A stretch of 64,000 nt of DNA from an uncultured virus (IMG/VR IMGVR_UViG_3300041583_000459) (IMGVR_UViG_3300041583_000459); one strand, 5' to 3'; shown: positions 11,274 through 22,007, numbered from the stretch's first letter. Made by a program: numbers and translations. The notes: generated from the sequence alone by a model not told the origin.

Positions 11274-12378
11274 TTTTAATCACTTTCATCGTTTATATAC
11301 TCATTGTTAATACTTTTTACTTCTATGTAATAACCAGTGACAGGACAAGATCTACACACACTATAAAATTTTATGCTCGATTTTCTACCATATTCAGGAT
11401 TTTCTATACGTTCATATCTACTACCAGTCCATTCATCCCAATAGTGAAATCTACTTTTAAAAATTTTTATAGCATTCAAATCTTTTGAGCTTAACATGGG
11501 AACGCATTTAGGAACAAGATTCGCGGCATACCACTTTTTGTATTTTTGTGCTTTTATGTAGCTTGATTCTATAGTTTCAGTAGGTCCATACTTTTTAAGC
11601 CTGTACGCATCTCCTTCTGCAATGAGATTAAAAAGCCTTTTAATTAATTTAAAAATCATTCATTATTGTTTTCTTTTGATTTGGCAAAAACAATATAAGA
11701 TAATATAAGGTACATTTAATGTGTTGCCGACCTGATTGTTTTGATAATCGCAATTTCAGCAGATTCCAGCGCGTCAGTATCAGTCCAGTTAAGAATTTCA
11801 CCGCCCAGAAAACCACCCCATGCAAGGGTTTCGTCGCTTGGGTGCTGAACATGGCGTTGAGCACTTGCACAGTCAACAATCGCGTTTGCGTGACCCAAGC
11901 AAAGTTCGCGGTAGTATGCAATACCCCCAGACTTGAAGTTTGCTTTGACATAATTATAAGTCATCTGAACCGATGCACTTTTAGGCCCAGCTGCCTCGCA
12001 ATGGATTGGCTCAAGCGTTGCCTGCAAACGAATCAAGATGGCCTTAGATTTAATTGCCATAAGTTCTTTGTAAATACTTGTCATGTCAGTATCTCCGGTT
12101 GGGTTTATTTTGTTACGTCTATGATATATGTATACAACGGAGCGATCTTAGTGTCAACTACTAAGATCGCTCTGAATTAGTTTGCGTTACTTGATCGCGT
12201 CATTATAGGCGGCGAGTAGCTTCACCCATTTCACTCCATGCGACTTGTTTCACATTGTGAATGTCAATCATATTAGTTTTCTCCAAATCTATCTGATACA
12301 TTTTCAGTGCAATTGTCTATTTCGACATGGCCATGCCAACAAGAACTAGACAATTGCACAGTTATTTTTTCTAGCCTG

Positions 12379-13368
12379 TTACGTTCGAATAGGCGGATGT
12401 GAATATGCACTCTCAGGTAGACGGGCCAAGAAAGCTTGAGCACCAACTGCTGATGTGATATATTTACCATTATCCCAAGGATTAGACAACGGAACACCGA
12501 GAAATACTGGACCATTACGTGGGCAAATTGCTTCTAGAAAGCGACCTTTGCGCGAAAGCCCAGGGATTGTAATTTCAATCAATGCGCCAATATCAGTTTC
12601 TGGATCTCCTTCTAATACATTATAATTTAGGCTGTGCTTCAAGCGAGCGTAACCATACAAAGCAATTCCCGCCGCCCGCTTGTCCACGTCGGTGCAGCTA
12701 AGGATTTCCGATGGGTCAATTGTATCTCGCTCGATAACCCATTTAGCAGGAATTACAACCCCATTGAAAGAATATACTTTAGTTCCATCATTGTACTCAA
12801 TTGCAGCAGTTTTCTCGTTATGCAGATCACCTGTCGCATTTAGGGTAAGACGAGTTGGCTTTTCGCAGATGATCACTAAATCACCATACAACCATACCCA
12901 GCCTGAGTGAAGGGCTAGAGCCCGAATACCAGCCGACAATTCTGAAAGGTTAAAATGTTCAGCAAAGAAGTCGTATAGCGAAAGCCAGCCAGCTTCGTGT
13001 TGTCCGTAAAATCCAGGCCAAACTTTGGTGTATGTAAAGTCTGGATTATCTTTCTCTGCTTTTTCTACTTTGGCACGGATCGCTTCGGTCAAAGCATACG
13101 GACCTAGTGCACTCAAGTTAGCAAAATCGGTTTCAGTAAAATCAATGAACTTACCAAAACCAATGAACTTCATTGCCTCTTTCGGGCCGCTCGGAAAGAT
13201 AAAGAATTTTGGGTTGGGCAGATTGGCATATTTGTATGAAAGATTAGAAGCTTTGATTGCCTCGATGTGGTCGATCTTTGAGGTATCCGTACCAATGGCA
13301 ATCCACTTACTGCGGAATTTCGGCATCGAATCTACCTGTTCTTGAGTAAGTTTTTCAATTTTATCCAT
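12379..13368 (-). CDS. DUF6745-like protein
   Basis: IEKLTQEQ...W...G, YGQHEAGWLSLYDFF, GWVW.Y..LVIICEKPT.L.....G.LH....AAIEY.DG..VYSFNGV; likely start MDKIEK after an AAGGT RBS. Confidence 0.75.
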   Translation of the reverse strand: MDKIEKLTQEQVDSMPKFRSKWIAIGTDTSKIDHIEAIKASNLSYKYANLPNPKFFIFPSGPKEAMKFIGFGKFIDFTETDFANLSALGPYALTEAIRAKVEKAEKDNPDFTYTKVWPGFYGQHEAGWLSLYDFFAEHFNLSELSAGIRALALHSGWVWLYGDLVIICEKPTRLTLNATGDLHNEKTAAIEYNDGTKVYSFNGVVIPAKWVIERDTIDPSEILSCTDVDKRAAGIALYGYARLKHSLNYNVLEGDPETDIGALIEITIPGLSRKGRFLEAICPRNGPVFLGVPLSNPWDNGKYITSAVGAQAFLARLPESAYSHPPIRT

Positions 13369-13500
13369 TTTTTTACCTTTCGGGTAAATTACATTATATA
13401 AGGTTTCGGCGGTCAATGGCATATAAAATGCCATCAACCTTAGTATATACCGATTCTAAGTAGATGTAAACAACGATTTCTACTTTCGACAGAATTTCTA

Positions 13501-13866
13501 TCAGTCCTGTACTTCACGGATTTCATCCGCGAAGGGGTCAAATTCTACATCGGCGCGGATTGCATAAATGCCTTCTGCAAGCATCAAGTCTGCATGGCCT
13601 TCGGTTGCTGTCTGGTGCAGCGCAGTCGGTGCCTTTACAATTGCGTAAAGCGTTCGCATTGCGAGGGTTTGAGAACCGATGCTCTGCATTTCGGTGTGCT
13701 CAATCACGTCGACGTTGCCGCCAAGCACGTGATGATGTCCCTTTTCGCTATGAGCAAGAATAAATGCTCCGTTATTGTCTTTCTTCGGGCGCGCAGAACC
13801 GATATTATCTGGCAATGCTGCAATTTTGTATACTCGTAGTTCGCCTTGTGCTCCAATATTTTCCAA
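13501..13866 (-). CDS. Small His-rich protein of the type usually adjacent to DUF6745 genes
   Basis: QGE..., LAHSEKGHHHVL, L.H....GH, GIY.IR...EFDP....R.V.D. Confidence 0.65.
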   Translation of the reverse strand: MENIGAQGELRVYKIAALPDNIGSARPKKDNNGAFILAHSEKGHHHVLGGNVDVIEHTEMQSIGSQTLAMRTLYAIVKAPTALHQTATEGHADLMLAEGIYAIRADVEFDPFADEIREVQD

Positions 13867-14028
13867 TTGAAATGCTCCTTTGTGTTAAGTTTGTGTAATG
13901 ATATTTCGCTGTATTTTGGTCTATTTATGAGAGTACACGAATAGAAAATGTAGATATATTACTTTACCCTCATTAGTACATTACACTTATCCTAGTAAAA
14001 TGTCAACCACTATTTTGCTATTGTGAAT

Positions 14029-14103
14029 TTAAGCTCGGACCTCTACTTGGTTCCCGACTTGGTCCCTAACTTTGTTCTTTGTTAGTTGTTCAAAATATGT
14101 CAT
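14029..14103 (-). CDS. xxQV mini-protein 7 (24 aa, truncated terminal copy)
   Basis: [24 protein letters not shown]. Confidence 0.6.
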   Translation of the reverse strand: MTYFEQLTKNKVRDQVGNQVEVRA

Positions 14104-14321
14104 TGTATTTCTCTCCAGACTTGGTTCCTGACTTGGTTCCAGACTTGGTTCCCGACTTGGTTCCCGACTTGGTTCCCGACTTGGTTCCCGACTTGGTTCC
14201 CGGCTTGGTTCCCGACTTGGTTCCCGACTTGGCTCCTGACTTGGCTCCTGACTTGGTCCCAGACTTGGTCCCCGACTTGGTACCTAACTTTGTTCTTTGT
14301 TAGTTGTTCAAAATATGTCAT
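14100..14321 (-). CDS. xxQV mini-protein 6 (73 aa)
   Basis: [20 protein letters not shown]...WREIQ. Confidence 0.8.
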   Translation of the reverse strand: MTYFEQLTKNKVRYQVGDQVWDQVRSQVRSQVGNQVGNQAGNQVGNQVGNQVGNQVGNQVWNQVRNQVWREIQ

Positions 14322-14418
14322 TGTATTTCTCCCCAGACTTGGTCCTCTACTTGGCCTCTACTTGGTTCCCGACTTGGTACCTAACTTGGCCCTTTGTCAG
14401 TTGTTCAAAATATGTCAT
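14318..14418 (-). pseudogene. xxQV mini-protein 5, with a 1-nt deletion (33 aa if repaired)
   Basis: One 11-bp unit near 14353 gives an early TAG. Confidence 0.65.
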
Positions 14419-14588
14419 TGGATTTCTTTCCCGACTTCGTTCCTGACTTGGCTCCAGACTTGGTCCCAGACTTGGTCCCTGACTTGGAACCAGACTTGGT
14501 TCCCGACTTGGTTCCAGACTTGGTTCCAGACTTGGTTCCCGACTTGGTACCTAACTTGGTCCTTTGTTAGTTGTTCAAAATATGTCAT
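14415..14588 (-). CDS. xxQV mini-protein 4 (57 aa)
   Basis: [24 protein letters not shown]...RNEVGKEIQ, manual translation. Confidence 0.75.
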   Translation of the reverse strand: MTYFEQLTKDQVRYQVGNQVWNQVWNQVGNQVWFQVRDQVWDQVWSQVRNEVGKEIQ

Positions 14589-14674
14589 TGGATTTCTTTC
14601 CAGACTTGGTCCATAACTTGGCTCCTGACTTGGTACCTAACTTGGCCCTTTGTTAGTTGTTCAAAATATGTCAT
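14585..14674 (-). CDS. xxQV mini-protein 3 (29 aa)
   Basis: [29 protein letters not shown], manual translation. Confidence 0.7.
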   Translation of the reverse strand: MTYFEQLTKGQVRYQVRSQVMDQVWKEIQ

Positions 14675-14904
14675 TGGATTTCTTTCCCGACTTGGTCTCC
14701 GACTTCGTTCCTGACTTGGCCCCTGACTTGGTGCCAGACTTGGTCCCAGACTTGGTTCCTGACTTCGTTCCTGACTTGGTCCCCGACTTGGTACCTAACT
14801 TTGTTCCTGACTTCGTTCCTGACTTGGTCCCCGACTTGGTACCTAACTTTGTTCCAGACTTGGTACCTAGCTTGGTTCTTTGTTAGTTGTTCAAAATATG
14901 TCAT
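14671..14904 (-). CDS. xxQV mini-protein 2 (77 aa)
   Basis: [20 protein letters not shown]...GKEIQ. Confidence 0.8.
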   Translation of the reverse strand: MTYFEQLTKNQARYQVWNKVRYQVGDQVRNEVRNKVRYQVGDQVRNEVRNQVWDQVWHQVRGQVRNEVGDQVGKEIQ

Positions 14905-15125
14905 TGGATTTTCTTCCTAGCTAGATCCCAGTCTTCATTCCTGATTTTGTTCTTTGCTTTATCCCCCAAATGATGCCATACTTGCGCCAAAACTTGGTTA
15001 CTGATTTGATCCCACACTTTACTCTCGACTTCACCACATACTTCACCACGTAATTCAATTATTTGGCCACTTGGGCCGTACATTTCATAAACTTCTTTTT
15101 GTGTCAGTTGCTGAAAATATGTCAT
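14901..15125 (-). CDS. xxQV mini-protein 1 (74 aa, most diverged)
   Basis: MTYFQQLTQKEV...KVWDQISNQVLAQVW...RKKIQ; GAGG RBS. Confidence 0.8.
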   Translation of the reverse strand: MTYFQQLTQKEVYEMYGPSGQIIELRGEVCGEVESKVWDQISNQVLAQVWHHLGDKAKNKIRNEDWDLARKKIQ

Positions 15126-16673
15126 TGGATTTCCTCAATTTTTTATTGCATTAGTTTTAGCATCATCGCAGATTTTTGTCAACAGTCAACCTTGCAACCT
15201 CGTTCCAAATCAGTTTGATTGCAACATCACTGATCAAGTTAACATCCTGTGCCACTACGTATAACATCCACTGTTCTGTAATATCAGTTGTCTTCACGCT
15301 ATGAGGTCTTGCAGAAGGCGATTGATATTTCACAATCCACGAAGAGTCTCCGTCTTCGTCTTTGCGGATAAAAACCAGCGTATAGCCTAGTACCTGCATT
15401 GCTCTGAGAATCTTCTCGGGTTCGCCGCCGATAACTCGCAAATTACGTTTAATCCATTCCTGTGTGGATTGTTCGGGTGTCATTGTGTTGTGTCCTTATG
15501 TGTTGCATTAGTTACTATGCCATCTCAACTTCTTTGGATTTTAGTGTCATCACTTCAAGTTCAGAAATAAGTTCTTTCAAGGTTTCTACGACTGCCAAAT
15601 TACTAACAAAATATCCACCACCAGTATATTGCTGCTTGATAGTTTCTTCAATTTTACGAACAACAGATGAAATTTCTTTGTCAGCCGCTAATTTCGCGAT
15701 TCGTTTTTGAAGTCCAAAAACATCAGTCACGAGAACAGGACCATAGTTATCTTTGTAAGAATTGCCACGGCTGTCAAATTTCTTTTGGCCATTTTTAGTA
15801 GCTACATAGATGTGACCATGGCCATTAATTTTTTCAACGGTACCAAACCCATGATTAAAAATGTGACCATTATTGCCATAACGAACAAATCCAACAATAT
15901 TACCTACTTCTAAAACATTCATGGCATTCTATCCTTTTGATTACTTATTAGATATAGCACTTAGAAAAAGAGTTGTCAATATGCAAATCAACAACTTTTT
16001 AAAATTTACTTGTATATAGCGCAAATGTAATTTCTGGAAAGAAGGTCATCATGGCGCACCAAAAAAATAGTAATTATCGGCATGTCAATCAAAGCATTTT
16101 TAGTTGGGAGCATATCAGGATTTTCTTTGGTTAATAACTATGTTGCAGCGCAAAAACTAATGACCATTTCATACAAATCTTCAAAAATATCATGTACCCG
16201 TTGAAGTCCTTCGTCATGTCCATCAGAGTATGCTTTATCATAGATAATTTGGAATTGTTTATCGTTAATTTTATGTTGTTTTTTCAATTCATCTTCAAAC
16301 ATGGTTTTTCTCGTCAAAACCATATCTTTGTAATCCCGAACATCTTCTGAATAAGAATCAAGATATTTTTCATATTCACCAAGTGAGTCAGCAAATGCGA
16401 CAGCTTCGATATGAGTTGGGTTTTGCCCAAGCTTAGGCTTAATTGGTTTTTTTGGTTTGACGATGTTTTCACCCGAATAGAAGTCAAAATGATATTCCAT
16501 ATTATTTTCCTTTTGTTTCGTCTATAATACAACAGATACAACAAAACGATCTTAATGTCAAGCACTAAGATCGCTTTTATGATTTTATTTAACTGCGAGT
16601 AACAATCGTGACAATGTTATGTACTACATCATCTGCTATGGTAGTATCATATCTTATATCAATCCAAAAAAGA

Positions 16674-16865
16674 CTAATCTTTTGATAAGATAGTATATTG
16701 TTTTTCGAGGCCAATACGACTTGATATTGTTGGCGTTCTATCATCTAGTACAGGCTTCACTAACAAAGTTTTAAAGCTTTTTTCGCATAACATAAAGTTT
16801 TTAGTAAGAAGGGCAAGTGTCTTTCCAGAGTTCATAGATGAAAATGCAAAAGTAAGTTTGCTCAT
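16674..16865 (-). pseudogene. Truncated thymidine kinase paralog (N-terminal 63 aa)
   Basis: MSKLTFAFSSMNSGKT...KP..DDRT..ISSRIG aligns with tk at 20759..21322, then stops. Confidence 0.85.
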
Positions 16866-17207
16866 TTAACCAATTATCATTTCACATGATACTTTTTCGG
16901 GTAAAATCTTAATATAATCAACTAAATTTTCATCAAGTATGGCTTCTATCTCACCATCTAATACTATAGCTTGATCCACAGATTGATATCTACCAGAAAT
17001 ATCATAATCGTATGTTCTTTCAAGCAGTATGTTTATAGAAGGAAATATTATTTTGCTAATGCATCTTTTTCTAGTACATATAGTTTCCATTCGACAAATG
17101 AAGTTGTAATAAAGCCAACACCAAAACCAGTATTAACATCTTCCCAGATACTATCTTTGCGCATAGGGATTACTTCTACACTTTCTATTTCCATATTATT
17201 TCTCCAG

Positions 17208-17516
17208 TTACCATTTTTCTTTGTCAGACCAATATGCAGCGCTCATTTTACCACGAGCTATATCTGCACCATGCCTAGCTTTAAATGAAGCCCTCTTGGC
17301 TTTCATTCTATCTGACTCGCCTTCTTTTGGTTCCCCCGCAGTTTCCGCTCCTTGTTCACCAAAGCGAATTAATTTTATCTTTGAACCTTCTTTGGCAACT
17401 ACGACATGCGATTTAGTTGGATGCGAAGGAGTTTTTTTTGGTTTGTTATATTCAGATACCCCAGCCGCTTTAAGCTGCTCTTCGGATTCTTTTATGTGTT
17501 CTATGAATGTTTTCAT
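17208..17516 (-). CDS. Late-expressed basic protein with a capsid-targeting-like leader
   Basis: MKTFIEHIKE leader; TATAAATA at 17545-17552; IRFG..G...RASFKARH...AAYW core. Confidence 0.75.
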   Translation of the reverse strand: MKTFIEHIKESEEQLKAAGVSEYNKPKKTPSHPTKSHVVVAKEGSKIKLIRFGEQGAETAGEPKEGESDRMKAKRASFKARHGADIARGKMSAAYWSDKEKW

Positions 17517-17544
17517 TTGGTATTTCCTATATGTAGAATACAAG

Positions 17545-17552
17545 TATTTATA
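17545..17552 (-). promoter_or_regulatory. T4-type late promoter
   Basis: TATAAATA. Confidence 0.85.
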
Positions 17553-18035
17553 TTCTGCATACAGTCCTCAATGAGGTATGATATTTTTACTTTGGTACAC
17601 TATAGAATTTTTACGCCTATTGATAATACAGGTGATTTTCCATTATCTTCTTGGAAATCGGGATTTTCAACATTCAAATAAACGCCGTCTTCACCCCAAT
17701 TTTCTATATTATACTCATAGCCTTCCGCTATGAGACTTATAATTGTTTCCAAATCTTTCATTTTATCAATCCCCATTAAAATTTTATGGTGATTTCATCA
17801 CCTTCATAAACAAGAACCGAACCTTTTAGCTTTGACCAGTACAATAAGTCACCGCTTGTTGGTGACACTGTGTCAGTAATAACATGTGCAGGATATGCAG
17901 GATATCCACTTGCCACTATCTCACTTGTCACTATCTCAGGTGTTGCAGCCATAACAACATCACCATATTCTGTAATAATGGCAACAAGTTTTTTTTCATT
18001 TGGTTTGTGCGTGGCTTTCATGTAAATTGTCCTTT

Positions 18036-18461
18036 TTATTCATTTCCATTAAAATATACCGATAAATCATTTTCTTCCAGAAACCAACCATCAATATGAC
18101 CATCACCATCAACATCCATGATTATATAATCACCATAGCCGCTATCATTTGGGCACAAGAAGTTTGGCACATAACCACTTGCTTTTACCACTAATTCATT
18201 ATCATTTCCTAATAGTTGATACTCACCATCATCGCAAACTTTGTAGTGAATAGATGCGGTAATGCCTACTGGCCAATTTTCAATAACGCCACTTGTAAGG
18301 TTAATAGTGATATCCCAAATATCTTTTTTTCGTAGTGGAATAAGATCACCGTCTGTATCTTCAACATCGTTGACTTTTGAATCTTCCCAGTATCTTACAC
18401 CCATCATACAACGAATTTTTGCAGCATCATAAGACACATATTCTAGTTTTTTAAATTTCAT
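18036..18461 (-). CDS. Conserved hypothetical phage protein
   Basis: GVRYWED..VN, HYKVCDDG.Y, GYGDYI motifs. Confidence 0.6.
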   Translation of the reverse strand: MKFKKLEYVSYDAAKIRCMMGVRYWEDSKVNDVEDTDGDLIPLRKKDIWDITINLTSGVIENWPVGITASIHYKVCDDGEYQLLGNDNELVVKASGYVPNFLCPNDSGYGDYIIMDVDGDGHIDGWFLEENDLSVYFNGNE

Positions 18462-19126
18462 TTTCGGATTCCTATATGCGAGATTATCAACTCGATAACT
18501 TATCTGGGTTGGTTAGTATTTGTGGCGGTATCACAGAGATTGCTATATCTGGATTTATATAGTATCGTCTTTTACTTCACTACAATTTCCTTGTGAATAT
18601 AGCATCTCTGGATATCCCAATTGTACTGCAAAATATTTCCCAATAACACCCTCAATTATTTCTTTTTCCATTTGTTCTGATCTGATATTGCAATTATATT
18701 CTGTCTTATACGGACCCCAATTGTCTTTAATATATGCGCATTTGTCGAAGTCAACATCAAGTGTAATGGTGCTTGCGCAAATCATAACCATAGCTTCAAA
18801 CATATTCATTTCCTTTCATTTCATTTTACGATATTGACGCCGAAAACTTATGGTCTATTGCGGCGATATGTTGTTATAGCAAACACCTTATGAATACGAA
18901 TCAAACCACTCTTCAATTGTATAAAAGTCAGGTACTTTATCTTTTTCCATATTACCATAAAAATTACGGCCACAGAATTTGAATTCTTTTGTAGATGAAT
19001 CGTTAATGGCTTCGAAGTCACACAATGCTTTTTCTACAGATTCATACATTATAGGATGCGTTTCAGTAAATGAATATGTGCATTCGTCAGAAAAATGAAT
19101 CATCATAACTAATTTTTGCATTATCA

Positions 19127-19852
19127 TTACCCCAACATTTTAATTTCATGGAATTCACGAACTTTATTTACAAATTCATATGCGCGTTGCATCCAGAAAT
19201 TTTTTGCCCAATCTCGTGTATAATGGCTTCTACCATCAACACTTCTGGCATGGCAGTAATTTTGATAACCTGAAAAGTTTTCACCATCCATTTTGCGTGT
19301 AACAATAACTCTTTTACCTTCAAACACAGAAAGGTCTTGCATTGTGCGATCATCATCGGTTCTTCCAAGACTCCAAGGTAAATGATAGGTTCTTGGGTAT
19401 TTTACATACTCAACAAACTCGATCACGTCAATGAATTCTTTTTGGTCAAAATAGTTAAAATCTGCTAGTGCTTTTTTTACAGATTCATCATTATATAGTG
19501 CGCCTTTTGTTCTTCTACCATCGGCAAGAATTACATTGCCCCACTTATCATAAATGTGATCTGCATACAAATCCTCGGGAAGCACAAGTTTTTCTATTCC
19601 AGCATATCTACGAATATCCTCTACACTCAAAGATGTAGTCTCTGCCTTGTAGTGGCACCCATCTTTTCCGATATCGCAGAGGGTGGCACCATTATCTAAA
19701 TAGTACCCACCGTCAGTCCACAGGCGGCGTTCTATGATGTGATGGGCATCAAGTTTTACGCCATTGCCAGCTGATTTTCCACAAACAACGCAACAGTTAT
19801 TATCACGAGAGAATACTAATTCTCTAAAATCTTCGCGTGAGAGTAGCATCAT
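19127..19852 (-). CDS. HNH domain fused to a C-terminally truncated RNA-ligase-family nucleotidyltransferase
   Basis: CVVCG..DAHHII..NGATLC..CH, then KYPRTYHLPWS and RKMDGEN; later ligase motifs absent. Confidence 0.75.
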   Translation of the reverse strand: MMLLSREDFRELVFSRDNNCCVVCGKSAGNGVKLDAHHIIERRLWTDGGYYLDNGATLCDIGKDGCHYKAETTSLSVEDIRRYAGIEKLVLPEDLYADHIYDKWGNVILADGRRTKGALYNDESVKKALADFNYFDQKEFIDVIEFVEYVKYPRTYHLPWSLGRTDDDRTMQDLSVFEGKRVIVTRKMDGENFSGYQNYCHARSVDGRSHYTRDWAKNFWMQRAYEFVNKVREFHEIKMLG

Positions 19853-20758
19853 ATCCTCCTATGACAGATTTATGTTATATCTAATATAAACCATAACTTT
19901 TTATTTTTCAATTGCAAGCGGTGCTTCGAGAATTAGGTTGCGTATCTGAAGCGTTATAACTAATGCCTCATCTTCACGTATTGGGGCGCTGGAATGGTTT
20001 GATGCTCCAGCTGTGTGTGCTCTAGATAGACTAATATCGGATGCATCTTTAAGCCCTGCTGCGTATCCATCCGTTCTTGTGGTTTTTAGCAAATCCTGTA
20101 GCACCACCTGTGCCAATACGCTGGTCAATCACTCGAATGTCTACGTCCTACCATAGTGTCTCACTCATGGCTTGGCCTCCAATGCTTTTCGGGCGAATTG
20201 CTGCATTATGTTTGCGCGGCGTCTTTCCCATTCCTCGTCCGTTCCTCCCCACGTCATGGGGCAGTCAAAACCTACGCAAGTTGTGTCTTCCATCGCCGCC
20301 CGCAGCCGTTCAATCTCGGCCTGTTGCTCTGTGACAATGCTGTGCAGGTCAGGGGCGGCAATCAGTTCGGTTTCAAAGCATGTCTGCAAGGAATCGCTGT
20401 CATATAAAATTCTAGCCCCAGCTCTATACCCAGCAGGGTAATCAACGCTGGCATCGTCCATTGTATCCTCGACGTGCTGCATCAGCCGTGCGATTAGTTC
20501 TTGTGGTGTCTCGGTCATAGGCCCGCCTGTATTAATCTTGGTCATTTAATTCTCCAATTTAATTCAGTTGTATCTATTAGTATAGTAAATTAATTCCTTG
20601 CAGGAATATTGATTGTATATTTCAGCCCGCACTTTCCCCCCACGAGCAGCTTTCTTGCAATCCTTGCACCTACAAATCTTCATTAGACACCTCTTATTTC
20701 CTATTTTTAATATGTACATAAAGAACAAGTCTGTCAACACAATAATTACCGACAGCCG

Positions 20759-21322
20759 TTATGTTCTTGTATCCCACCATCGTTTCCAAATCTTTCTAGA
20801 AACAGTATCATATAAATCCTCGTATCCTGTTTCTACCGAAGCATCAGTACCGCCTCTTTTGATATGAAAAAATGCTTGCGCTCCGTGATTCTGTCTACAG
20901 AAGTTTTCTATGGGTATAAGTTCATCTGCTATCTTGAATAGATGCTCTGAGCCCTCGAAAAAGTTTCCTTGCCAGTCCAATTTTAGCCCATAGCAGTATA
21001 TGTTTATATCCCAGTTATCACATAGATTTGCAAGGTCCCATACTTGGGTTTTTGTAAGGAATTGTGCTTCATCTACCATTACAAAATCAGGCTTTCCAGT
21101 GCCGGATATAAGTATTTTATGACTAGGCAGTTCATCTTTCGCGAGCACAACACAGTTCGCGCTTATTCCTAGTCTTGAAGAAATAGTATCAGTCCTGTCG
21201 TCTGTGGCAGGTTTCATCAGAATGGTGGAAAACCCTTTTTGTTTTAGCGTATAATTTCTTGTAAGTATTAAAAGGCTTTTCCCAGAGTTCATTGATGAGA
21301 ATAAGAATGTTAGTTTAGCCAT
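20759..21322 (-). CDS. tk: Thymidine kinase
   Basis: SSMNSGKS, VDEAQFL, YGLKLDW.G..FEGS. Confidence 0.95.
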   Translation of the reverse strand: MAKLTFLFSSMNSGKSLLILTRNYTLKQKGFSTILMKPATDDRTDTISSRLGISANCVVLAKDELPSHKILISGTGKPDFVMVDEAQFLTKTQVWDLANLCDNWDINIYCYGLKLDWQGNFFEGSEHLFKIADELIPIENFCRQNHGAQAFFHIKRGGTDASVETGYEDLYDTVSRKIWKRWWDTRT

Positions 21323-21626
21323 TTCAGCCTTTCGGGATTTTTAATGAGGTAAGGGTCTATGCCAATTCCTATATCGTGCAAATCTCGCATAGTATCACAT
21401 ATTCCTACAAAAAATATAGAACCCACAAATGCAACTGGTATAATAAAGAAACATAATGGGTTCCAATAATTCCATACAAATCCAAAACCATCGCCGTTTT
21501 TATACACTCCAATTGCTCGAAGATAAATCATAATTCTTCCGAATTTAGAGATGGATTCATCTATCATATTGACCTCTATTTTTCTGGTTGGTTTATGAGA
21601 GAAAGTATTCTATACTCATAAGCATT

Positions 21627-22007
21627 CTATTCTTCGGGGTTCCATATCTTAAGTGAGTGTTTCGGCGGGTCGTAAACCTTTTTGAGCGTATCAATAGCAC
21701 CAAAAACTTTCCTAGTGTCGTCTCTATGCTGCACATTCTTAATACACTGCTCGGGATTATTCTCGAAATATATCGTATGGATACTAAATCGTGGATATTT
21801 TTCTTTCAAGATACCCCTCGCAAGTTCTAGTGTACTTTTCTTACAGAAATTAATATCGGTAATTGCAAGATCTTTCTTCCCAAGTACCTCAAGGGAAGGT
21901 AGTTGGGCCAGATCAAAAATATCATCTACGATAATAGCATCCATTCTATTGGCGTGGTAGGTCTTACCGGAACCAGGGAGACCAACAAACAAAACTATAT
22001 TATGCAA
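21627..22007 (-). CDS. Small P-loop kinase (PNK/AAA_33-like)
   Basis: VGLPGSGKT Walker A, C..N...R lid. Confidence 0.7.
   Translation of the reverse strand: MHNIVLFVGLPGSGKTYHANRMDAIIVDDIFDLAQLPSLEVLGKKDLAITDINFCKKSTLELARGILKEKYPRFSIHTIYFENNPEQCIKNVQHRDDTRKVFGAIDTLKKVYDPPKHSLKIWNPEE

Larger units (their letters stand above)
14029..15125 (-). repeat. Array of seven mini-genes: constant 36-bp junction CTTTGTTAGTTGTTCAAAATATGTCATTG(G/T)ATTTCT (plus strand) separated by variable numbers of 12-bp GACTTGGTNCC(C/T/A) units
   Basis: ATG starts at 15125, 14904, 14674, 14588, 14418, 14321, 14103; each after the first lies in an ATGA overlap with the end of the previous unit. Confidence 0.95.

Noticed and set aside
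14029..14904. Diversity-generating retroelement (AAC to NNC and AGG to NGG variation)
   Set aside because: No reverse transcriptase or TR/VR pair in the window, and the adenines of CAA, including the synonymous one, are invariant. It cannot be fully excluded if an RT lies elsewhere in the genome.
14079..14920. Plus-strand PDLV and FPTW repeat ORFs
   Set aside because: Shadow frames of the 12-bp repeat; RBSs, ATGA coupling and all neighbouring genes are on the minus strand.
14029..15125. CRISPR array (36-bp constant repeat with intervening sequence)
   Set aside because: The intervening segments vary widely in length and are themselves 12-bp repeats, the constant part encodes a stop/start junction, and there are no cas genes in the window.
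8560..20545. GC-richer patches as an integrated prophage or contamination
   Set aside because: The patches are short, co-oriented and interleaved with the same promoter type, with no integrase; this fits ordinary mosaic gene acquisition.
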